Source of the DNA: Dudresnaya verticillata
Taxonomy: Eukaryota
Length of the DNA: 64,000 bases
Assembly (NCBI GenBank): GCA_977862235.1
Contig: OZ374564.1
Coordinates: 2,418,001 to 2,482,000 of the forward strand
Reading direction: 5' to 3'
Both the position numbers and the translations under genes were made by a program. A model generated the notes under the pieces. It was not told the DNA's origin and searched no databases. It worked only from the letters and a program-made list of their open reading frames with translations. Below are positions 24,246 through 34,047 of the stretch, one piece after another. How positions within the stretch are numbered: position 1 is the first letter of the stretch; every line of letters begins with the position of its first letter.

Positions 24246-25160
24246 TGTAGTGAAAACGTCGTAGACGGAACACCGCCAAGCAGTTCGGGGCTCGGTGGGT
24301 AGCGACGCCCGTGGCGGTGAGTAGCCTCGCCTTGGGCGACTTGTGGTAGAGCAGTTGACTCGCCTTGGGCGGACTGTAAACGCCCGAGGCGGAAAGGAAG
24401 AACAAAAGAGAACAAAAAGGGAACACGTCAAAGACGGGTAGAGACGTGGAAGCACGGGAGGTAGACGCTTAGCCGTAGGCAGCGGTAGGGTACGCGCGTG
24501 CTGAACGGGGAAGTCTGGACCAAGGCCGGCTTGCTGGGGTTTACTGTGACGTCTGAGACGGATCAACTAAGTATAGAATTACCTAGCGGCGGCGACGCGT
24601 GTGTACGCGCCACGCGGGAACTCGGGACACGTGTTGTCCCGAGGCGCGTCTGACAGATCCGTCCGTCATGCAGCCGCGCTCCTGACAGATCACGCGTAGC
24701 TTCCCCGCTCAAGTCCTTATAGCTGCACGTGGATTACTTCCTTACAGCCGCATGCGCCCCATGGCGCGTGCGATCTCGATCCGCACCAATCCCGATCCAG
24801 TCCGGATTCGGGCCAGCCATGCGGATGCACCAGGCTTACAGGCGCGTGCCTTACACCTCTTAATCCCGATGTCTGATCCCGATGTGGGATCCCGATTGGA
24901 TCTGGATTCGGGCCACGCTTACAGCGAACGTTCCCGCCACTGCGCCATGCGCGTACGCGTGGCGCCGTACAGTGTCCCGGGTTCAGGCGTGCGGTCTGCA
25001 CGCCAAGCGAGCCGTTCTGGCCCAAGTGGCTAGCGGCATGCGTCGGTGACGTGTTTGCGCCGCGGGCGAGTTGAGCGCGCCGTTGGCGGACGTCCGTCGG
25101 TAGACGCTGCATATCAACCCGCTCGAAAACGAAAACGGGGGACTCCCCCCTGGCACTACA
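24246..25160 (-). mobile_element. Solo LTR (family D), 915 bp, inserted in RT
   Basis: TGTAGTG...CACTACA termini. TSD ATTAC/ATTGC (one mismatch). Splits FCVDY|RRLN. Confidence 0.93.
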
Positions 25161-26077
25161 ATTGCCGTAGGCTGAACGCCATCACCATTAAGGATTCCTA
25201 TCCACTTCCACGAATGGACGAATGTCTCGATTCCTTGGGCGACACCCAGCTGTTTACGACTCTTGATTGTAATTCAGGATATTGGCAGATCCCAGTATGT
25301 CCACAGGACCAACACAAGACTGCGTTCACATGTCATGCGGGATGCTTCCAGTTCAAGCGAATGCCATTCGGGCTGTATAACGCCCCCGCGACGTTTCAGC
25401 GTATAGTCGATATCTTGCTATCAGGCTTCAGGTGGAAAACCTGTTTGGTCTACCTAGACGATACAATTATCTTCTCGAATAACGTCGACGAACACTTTAC
25501 CCACGTAAGGGAGATACTCACTATCCTGAAGGATGCTGGCGTCTCGCTGAAACTGCGGAAGTGTAACTTCTTTACTAAGAGTGTCGACTATCTCGGACAT
25601 GTGATTCAACCCGGTCTCTTAGAGGTTGCGACCAAGAACACTCAAGCAATAGAGGGCTTTACAGAGCCACGAACGCAGACGCAACTGAGATCCTTTCTCG
25701 GATTATGTAATGTCTATCGACGGTTCGTCCCGAATTTCGCGCGAGTCGCCGCACCTCTCAATGCCTTTCTACAGAAAGATGTGGAGTTTGATCTACCGCC
25801 CTTCGGCAAAAAGGAAACGGAAGCTTTCGAGCTGTTGAAACGCGCGCTGATCGCCCCACCTATCCTACAACTGCCAAAACTGGGAAGTAACCTCTCGGTC
25901 GACACCGACGCTTGCGAATATCAAGTAGGTTGTGCACTCATGCAGATGAACGATAAGGGGGAAAGACATCCCATTGGTTTCTGGAGTCGACGGCTGACGT
26001 CCGCTGAGAAGAACTACTCCGTCGGAGAGAAAGAATGCCTCGCTGTCGTATGGGCCGTGCAGATATTACGTCCATAC

Positions 26078-26979
26078 TGTGGTGCAAGGGGAGGTGAGCC
26101 CTTTTTCGCTGAAAGCGGGCAGCAACAAATACGTCGACCGACGGAGAAACCGCCATCGGCGTTCACCACCGCCGTTGGCGCGCGAACACGTCATCGACGG
26201 CTCACTGGGGCGCGCGTGCACACTGCGCGCCGCGCGCCACGCGGGCACTGTACGGTGATGAGCCGACAGGGCGCCCCGGGGCACTGTAATACGGATCCAG
26301 ATGGGATCCGGATCCGGTATCCAGATTGGCTATCTGGATCGCCTAAGCTGTAAGATACGCGCCTGTAAGGCTGCGGGTGTTCGCATTGCTGGCCCGATCC
26401 GGATGGGATCGGGATCGGACAAGTATCGGATTAGATCCAAGGCGCACGCTCTACAGTACGCGCGCGCGCACGGCTGTAAGGCACACGCGTCCACGTGTGC
26501 GTGTAAGCACCCACACAGGGGGTTGTACGGCAACCTGTCAGGCGCGCGGCTGCATGCGATGGGTGATCTGTCAGACGCGCCTCGGGACGACACGTGTCCC
26601 GAGTTCCCGCGCTACGCACACGCACCACCGCCGCCGCACCGCCGTACTATACTTAGGTAAGCCGTCCCAGACGTAGCAGTAAACGCCCGGGCAAGCCGGC
26701 CTTGGTCCAGACTTCCCCGTTCCGCACGCGCGTACCCTACCGCTGCCTACGGCTCAAGCGTCTACCTCCCGTGCTTCCACGTCTATCCCCGTCCTTGACG
26801 TGTTTCCTTTCTGTTCCCTTTTCCCTTCCTTTCTGCCTCGGGCGTTTACAGTCCACCCAAGACGTGTCCTTTGCTCTACCACAAGTCGCCCAAGGCGAGG
26901 CTACTCACCGCCAAGGGCGCAGCTACCCACCGAGCCCCGAACTGCTCGGCGGTATACCGTCACAGACGTTTGCACCACA
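26078..26979 (+). mobile_element. Solo LTR (family D), 902 bp, inserted in RNase H
   Basis: TGTGGTGCA...TGCACCACA termini. Perfect TSD CATAC. Splits ILRPY|LERTHF. Very similar to 57962-58858. Confidence 0.95.
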
Positions 26980-28757
26980 CATACTTGGAGCGAACGCATT
27001 TCGATTTGTACACAGATCATCAAGCACTGAAGTGGGTTATGAGTATGACCGACGCGTCGGGACGCCTAGCGAGATGGCGCTTACGCTTACTCGAGTACGA
27101 CTTTACAGTCCAATACAAGAAGGGTAAGAAGAACCAAATAGCAGACGCTGTCTCACGCCTTCCTACATTTGGCTATACGAGCAGTGAACCGGATCTGGAC
27201 ATCCCTTGCTATATCATCGAGGATGACACCTCTGGGAAAACTACTCCCCCCTTATGGGCTCATGGTCCAATCGAAGCGTGGGAGATCGAGCCCTTCGACG
27301 AGCCCACGTCTACCGACGAATTACTAGTGGCGACCGCCGAGAAGGATGTGGATGAGAAATCTCTGTCACTCTTGACTATTGAGGAGCTCCTCCGTGAACA
27401 GAAAACAGATCCCTTCTGCCTGCGGATTAGAGCGGGAATCGAGGGAGCCCGACCCGGTTGTTACCTCGAAGACGAGTTGGGACTGCTTGTCCGGAACGCA
27501 CCTATTGATGGCGCACGGCAGGTGCTCATACCCGAAACTCTACAAGAGCGAGTATTGAACCTCTCTCATTACCCCGTAATGGCCGGACATCCAGGCGGCA
27601 CGCGCATGTATCAAAATCTGCGACGTCAAGTATATTGGCCAGACATGGCATTAGCGGTTTATGCAACTGTACGCAACTGCGTGGCCTGTTACAGGGAAAG
27701 AGTACAACTGCGGAAGCACACTTCGTTTATGAAGTTATTCCCGGCAACCATGCCTCTCGAATTCGTTGGCATTGACATATTGGGTCCGCTTCCCCGTTCA
27801 GGCAAAGGTAATGAGTACCTACTCGTTATTACGGATCGCTTCTCTAAGCTTACCAGGGCGGTCCCTTTGAAGACCATCACGGCCTATACAGTGGCGAAAG
27901 CCTTTTGTGACCATTGGGTCTACGTGTATGGACCGCCACGATATCTACTTTCGGACAACGGGTCCCAATTTGCATCGAAGTTCTTTATGGAAGTGTGTAG
28001 CATTCTGCGGATCCGCAATCTATTTACGTCCACTTACCACCCCCAGTCGAACGGGCAAACTGAACGTTTCAACCGCACTCTTCTGGCTGGATTACGTCAC
28101 TTCATCGCTGAGGATCAGACTGATTGGGATGAGTTTACCCCCGCGTTGACATACGCCTATAACACGACTGTCCACAGGGCAACGGGGTTCGCCCCAGTAG
28201 ATCTCGTTCTGTCGAACCCTCCTAGCTCCCTCCTAATGGAGCGCGCCGAGACGGTCGACGTGGCAAACGTGCCTGCTACCAATGTCAAGAAGCGTCTAAC
28301 TCGCCGACTCGAGAAACTAGTGGAGACGGCTCTCCCTCGCTTACGCCTGGCGCAGAAGCGCTATGAAGTCAACTTCAATAACAGGATGCGTCCCGCTAAT
28401 GAGAAGATACGACCCGGACAGTGGGTGTTTGTCCAGCGAGAGACAAAACTCAAAGACGCTGACGGCGTGGCACGCGAAGGCAAACTGCTGCCAAAGGCAT
28501 TGGGCCCATATAAGGTTGTTGAGCGGAGCACTCATGTGGTCGTGATAGACGTGAAGGGTGAACGCGAGACAATCTCGCTAGATCGCGTAACGCTGGCGCC
28601 CACGACGCACGAGTCGTTGGATGCCCAAGGGGAGACTCCGACAATAGTCGCGCCGCCTGCGCCCGGGTCTACCTTGGCCAGCCGTGGCGCCGAGCCTCCT
28701 CTTCCTCCAATCGAGCCTCCGCGTTCTTTCTCCCGTTTACGAAAAACCCCGGCTCGA

Positions 28758-28910
28758 GAGCACGTATATGATCGAATCGTTGATTACGCCCAGCTGGAAC
28801 AGCTATATCGGATACGTTGGTATCAGGCCCCTGCCACCAAGGACACGTGGGAGCCAAGGGGAAACCTCCCCCGTAACCTCGTAGCGCGCTACCACCGCGC
28901 CAAGGGAATA
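28758..28910 (+). other. Chromodomain at the integrase C-terminus
   Basis: EHVYDRIVDY..LYRIRWYQAPATKDTWEPRGNL matches the chromodomain pattern Y.V.W.G....TWEP..NL. Confidence 0.8.
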
Positions 28911-29009
28911 CCCTACGAATCATAAGGTGGGTTACTACCCCTAGGGCTGTTGCCCTACTGATGTGTGGGCTAGCGAGCCGAGCTAAGGAAACAAGGCGCG
29001 AAGCCTTGA

Positions 29010-29165
29010 GATGCGCTCCGACGAACTGATGTGGATAGATGAATGCTGGCAGAAGCCTGGATAGATGCGCTCTGCGGAGCTTAAGATTGGATAGATGCTG
29101 GACGAGCGGATGTGGATAGATGAAAGCTGGCAGAAGCCTGGATAGATGCGCTCTGCGGAGCTGAA
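29010..29165 (+). repeat. Short tandem array downstream of pol
   Basis: TGGATAGATG occurs five times. A ~54-bp block GATGTGGATAGATGAA.GCTGGCAGAAGCCTGGATAGATGCGCTCTGCGGAGCT occurs twice. Confidence 0.9.
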
Positions 29166-29688
29166 TGAATAGGTGTGGTGGCGATTGGCATCACAACACT
29201 TTACATACGTGCACAGACGGACCTACGCTGTACAGCGGCTAACTTAAACAAGAGCCAGCTGTGGCTGCGACGCTTCCCCGACTCGGGCTCACGGTGAACG
29301 CGTCTTGGTGGCGCGTCTGCCAAAAGACACAGCCATCCCATCATGGCGGTTTACCTTCCCGGTGCCGCCACCAAACGCACGCCGCGAAGTCCCGCACCAA
29401 TGACAGCGCGGAGCGCCGCTTAACATTAATCTTGTGCACTCTACAGTACGTACTGTACTCTAAATTTTGGGAAAATTCCCCCGGTCAAGGACACGCGATG
29501 GTCACTACGCTAAGGCAGAGCGAGGATAGGATGCCGCCGCACGGGAGGAGAAGGATATTCGGTCAATGCAAGTTTACTCAGGCATTACAACGCGGAAAGG
29601 TCCACTTGCTCATCGGGCGCTCCCCCACTCTCACCTATATACTATCCCTAGGGAGCGTCCGATCGAGCACTACAATGTGGAAAGGACG

Positions 29689-31889
29689 TCAGTCCGAGTC
29701 AGAATCCATCAGGTCGATGACCTCGTTCGGGCGCAACGGCGGATTCGCAACGGGGCCTTGCCCTGGCATCATGGTCACGTGACGGACCTCGCGCACGACG
29801 CGACGACCGCGTCCGCGCCAAGCCCCGACTCCCCGCGCTGGAACTTCACCACCCGCCTCGATAGGCCCAGCACCTCCATCGCCCGACGGCACGTCACCCT
29901 CCTGGACACCCATGTCCTCTTCCTCAAGCTCCTCCTTGAGCAGCAGCTCCGTCTTCACAATAACCTCTTGCGGCTCAGCCGCCGCCGGAGGAGCCTCGAC
30001 GGCGCTAGTAGGAAGGATCACCTCGAGCTGTAAAGCATGGCCCGCGGGCACTTCTGGCACGGGTAGGTCCACCGTCACCTCCATGGGTGAAGAAGTCGGA
30101 GCGCTCTCCTCAACGGCCCCTACTGCCAGCTGAGAAGCTGCAGTGGCTGGAACAGTGGTCGGCGGACCCGAGGCAGCGATGGAGGAACTCTCGCGAGGAA
30201 CAGCTGACGTATCGGCAAGCGTGCCTTCACGCGGATCCACGCCCTGCCCAACACCGGTTGGTGCCACGGGAGCACCCGCACTGGGCAGCGAAACAGCGCG
30301 ACAGTCTTGATGACCCAAACCCAAACGGGAACGGCGCGGAAGTCGCGGGTCTCTTGAGACGGAAGCGGAAGCCGAGACGCTCGGCGCGCTCGCCGCTGCT
30401 GAAGGACCTGCCACTGCAGAACCCGACACACTCAGCGTGCTCGCCGCTGCCGAAGGGCCTGGCGCCACCACACTCGTTGGGGCTTCCTGAGCTTGCTCCG
30501 ACTCCACCACGGCCTGCTGCCCGATAGGCGGAAGCACGGCCAAAGACGCCTTCAACGCCTCGATGGGCCCCGGTGAGCTCACCCAGTTCGACTCATAGTC
30601 GCAAAGGACGTCTTCGACCCAAGGGGCCAGACTGTACAAAGTCAAGTGGGTAACTTCCCAGTGCACCGCGAGGCGAATGGCGAGACCGCGACGGTTGAAC
30701 AAATCCCGAATGGCGGCATCGGCCCTTGCGACGTTTCGCACTCTGGGTGCGTACGGACCCTGGGGCTGTCCCGGCACAGTAGTGTCCATCGGCGGCACGT
30801 CAGCAGGAGTCGCGGGAGCCTTGCCGGAAGCACTTTGCCAATCCTTGGTGTACCCGGTCATGCGCTCACCGTTGTCCACGAGAAGCGTCTCACCATCTTG
30901 AGGCTGCGGCTGCAGCAAATAATCCGGTAGGAGAGGGTGCCACTGCACCGGGTCAAAGTCGACCCAATCACCAAGGTCGTACACCGGCGTCACAAACCCG
31001 GTGTTCTCCGGAAGGTAGCGGTTGCGCTTGCTAGCGCGGCTCCACCGGATGCGTTCGACGAATACGAGGAGCGCCTCCAAGTCCGTAGCATCGACAGCGG
31101 TCGCAGTGAGTAAGCCAACTCCAAGTCCTCGGATCTCGGCGCGCAGACGTGCGTTGATGTAATACAAGTACCCCCGACGGGCTTCATACATGAAGGTCTG
31201 CGCCACCATCACCACCCATTCGTTACGGAAGATCATCCATAAGAGACCATGATGGTAACTTTCGTGCATCATATCAAGGGCTCTATACGCCACGACTGGG
31301 GGTGTGCCGACAGGTATGGAGTAGGAAACCTCGTACTCACGATGATCCGTGGGAATTGGGACGTACTTCCCCGTGTAGAACTCGGGCTTGATGGCCACCA
31401 CTTCTTGAAAGTGCGCCGGCACGAAGCAACCGGTCCGATGACGATGGTGGCGCTCGAAGCGAAGGAGTTCGCGAGACATCGCTGTCTGCGGGTTATCCAA
31501 CGCATACTTGAAGTTGGACGTCTCGTCCCACCGCGTAACGCGCGCCATCGTGAAAGGATAGTTATCCCGACCGGGGCGGATGAGAGGCCGCTCAAAAGTG
31601 ACCAGCTCCGGGCTGTAGCCTCCCTTCCCGTGAAACGAGACAATCTCCGGCATGAACTCCATGAAGGCTTGAGAGTGGTGCTCCACGTAGCGTTGCTCGA
31701 AGAGGCAGCGCACCATGGCGAGGTCCCAGTAGTGGTCGTTCGGAAGCGGCGGAAGCGCGATATTGGTCCCTCGCAGGATTCCAATCCGCTCACGCATGAG
31801 GAACTCCCACGAGCGGGCTTGAGCACGATGACGGCAATAACGGCGAATGTCCTCGCGACGCGCACCGGCGGTGGCCCGAGTATGGTTAA
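29689..31889 (-). CDS. Antisense extra ORF of family A gypsy element, unknown function; native N-terminus deleted
   Basis: About 730 open codons, homologous to 59655-61145. Conserved ~450-aa N-terminal region and an Ala/Pro/Ser/Glu-rich tail. First in-frame Met is at MRERIGIL. Confidence 0.85.
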
Positions 31890-32059
31890 GTCGCGTCGAG
31901 TCTTTACCGTGCTTCCGCACCCCCCTTTCGGGTCATCAGGGCCCGCCTTTTTCCCAGCCTCTACTAAACCTCCTTCGAGCCACTACCAATTAGCATGTGA
32001 TATCGAACAGCTGTCTTTTCTTGTTCTTTGCTGTTTATGGCCGGTGCCATACTGCTACA
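31890..32059 (+). repeat. Remnant (last 170 bp) of the family A 3' LTR
   Basis: Matches 19600-19769 with 9 substitutions in 170 bp by my count, and is followed by the TSD. Confidence 0.95.
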
Positions 32060-33415
32060 CCGCGACCACGACCTCCTTCTCGAGAAGAACCTTCCTGCTT
32101 GTCGATTTGCCCACTGGTCGTGTTCCGAATGTCCTGTAAAGGGAAAGCGTTGTAGTCCAAGATTTGCTTGAATTCGGTAGGACGACCGTTACCGACGAAG
32201 AGCGGAGCACCATTGCGACCCGAATGCTGAACAGCAGGCGGCGGCACACTGTTTTTCCATGGTCAGATGCAGCTGGAAAAAGCGTAATAATCGGTATGTT
32301 TCCAAGTCCAGGATGGTTGTAGGACAGGAAAGGTTTTGGGTTGGATGGAACGTACAACAGAGCGGGGAAGCCGATGTTGTTATCCAAAACCGGCAGCGGC
32401 GCTGGATTGTAGATATCGGCGGCCGCTGAACCTTGCTGCGAGGTTTTATCCATCAATGAGGTAGCACAAAGCGCGTTGGCTTGTTCTTCTGTGCGTGACA
32501 CCATTGTTTGGCGCATGTCGACAGGCACCATTTGCGGAAGGTGCGAGATCCCGGGAGCGACGATGAAATGTTGGTTAGTGTGTGCGACGCTGCTCCCTGG
32601 GTGAGCGCCTTGGCTCGCCGGCGTGGGCGCAAGGACAAAGTTGGGGTGCACCGGCTGCATCGCGGTAATGGATGCGGGAGAGGGAAACGCGTAGGAGAAG
32701 GGCGAACGGATAGAGAGAGCGCAGTGTCCAAAAGCAGAGCGTGAAGCGCGCGAGGTGGGGCGCAGTCGTTGCCGTCGGTAGGTGGGTTGCTGTTCGATGG
32801 GCTCTTGGGTGGGGTGGTGGGTGCGGGTGGGCGGTGAACAGCGGCACGGGACAGCTGAAATGTTTTTTCGCACACAGCACGATGGCGCGGCGACGAAGAA
32901 CGTCGGATCCGACGCGTAACGATGCCCGCGCGTGGATTACCAAAACACAGATTTTTATCTCAGGAGAAATATCTAGCAGTAAACACGAGTATGCAGTACA
33001 GAGTGTGACAGAATGTGATAGAGACGGATGACAGAACGCGCGGCGACCGCGAGGCGCGGGAGGGCGGGTGAGAAACGGATGACTACCCAGGCTCGCTGGG
33101 TGTCGACCAAGCACTGCCCCCTTTTGTACATGTAGTGTCGAGTGACCTAGCGCACAAGTGCGGTCACAGAGAGTCTGCGGAACTCTCTGACTGAACGTGA
33201 TGGTCACGCGTCGCTGATACGTGGGGCAGTACAGTGCGGACGGGGCATTACAAAGTGATCAAAGATACTGACCCGTTTTGATCCGCGCGCGCGCGCTCGG
33301 CGATCCGATCCGAGAGCGCGCGCGCGCGCGCTCCGCTCGGCGTGACCGTCACTTCGCCGCCCCGCGCCAGCCGCCGCACCCACTACTTGGTACGAAGTTC
33401 CACGCCTCAGTGCGG

Positions 33416-33603
33416 GTGACCATTGTGCATGCACCAAGTACTTCTTTTTGAGTATAGAGTAAATGTATTGGCCGAGACACCCGACAATCAGCAGTTGAGT
33501 ATGCGCCACGTGGCCCGAATTCTAGCTGAGTATACAATGCGGCCATTGGCTGAGTATAAGTTGATTGACACCCGCCGCACCCCGGGCGCCACGTTACAGG
33601 GCC
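33416..33603 (-). repeat. MULE right TIR
   Basis: Reverse complement of 11058-11245, followed by TSD CCGAACAAG. Confidence 0.92.
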
Positions 33604-33995
33604 CCGAACAAGTGCACACGTCGAAAATCTCACGTTGACAACCACACTAGCTGAAGCTCGAGACCTAACGCTCAGGATCTCCGGACATGGTTCAGACCCA
33701 AAAGACTTTCCTTCCGTGCCCGACCCAGTGCGGGACGGCGGGTATAAACATATCCACCTGTCCAGGTCTATCTGACTCGAGGCGGAGCCCAGGATCATGT
33801 GGATCACAAATACTACTGTATGGGTCGTATTGAGCTGTCCAGCTGTAGGAATAATAATGGCAGCCCGCTGGGGTCGTACGACGACTACGAGGGGCGACGC
33901 TCCGCATCCACGCGGTGGCTTTTGTTGCCAAACACTTTGCCTACCCTCGACTTCTTGTGGGAATGACAATGAAACGTGAGAATAAACTTCTTGTG

Positions 33996-34047
33996 AGGGT
34001 ATACTTTATGAAGACAGTTTAAGGGTATACTTTATGAAGACAGTTTA
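33996..34047. repeat. Perfect 26-bp tandem duplication
   Basis: AGGGTATACTTTATGAAGACAGTTTA x2. Confidence 0.9.

Larger units (their letters stand above)
22846..28925 (+). pseudogene. pol: pol (PR-RT-RNase H-integrase-chromodomain), interrupted by two solo LTRs
   Basis: Protease LGSGAGPNLI (Asp replaced by Gly relative to family C). FCVDY|RRLN..YPLPRMD, MPFGL.NAPATFQ, VYLDD, DTDAC, GHPG..C..C, GIDILGP, SDNGSQF, YHPQSNGQTERFN, GPY. Confidence 0.95.
18965..32059 (+). mobile_element. Chromodomain-bearing Ty3/gypsy LTR retrotransposon (family A) with an extra antisense ORF; 3' LTR partly deleted
   Basis: Perfect TSD CCGCG (18960-18964 and 32060-32064). Contains 5' LTR, PBS, gag, PR-RT-RH-IN-chromodomain and a 3' LTR remnant. 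Confidence 0.95.
16843..32660 (-). pseudogene. MULE accessory gene encoding an RGG/NRGGY-repeat protein, split by the gypsy insertion (segments 32660-32060 and 18964-~16843)
   Basis: Reading runs MQPVHPNF...SSREGGRGRG|RGRERGAPRS across the TSD. It continues through a ~200-aa complex region (VDYLEHMYKIEDGRWRFDF, MGFNRHCRILTF), ~230 aa of NRGGY/DNRGG repeats and an Ala/Pro-rich tail. Has a few stops and frameshifts. Confidence 0.75.
11058..33603 (+). mobile_element. Mutator-like DNA transposon (MULE), ~9.4 kb without the nested gypsy element
   Basis: Imperfect ~190-bp TIRs (11058-11245 and 33416-33603), 9-bp TSD CCGAACAAG (11049-11057 and 33604-33612), and internal MULE transposase and SWIM motifs. 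Confidence 0.92.

Noticed and set aside
25046..26353. 435-aa ORF as an intact RT gene
   Set aside because: Both ends are read-through into solo LTRs. Only 25166-26077 is pol.
31249..32139. 296-aa plus-strand ORF
   Set aside because: It is the shadow of the conserved minus-strand ORF, and no equivalent protein is evident in the second copy.
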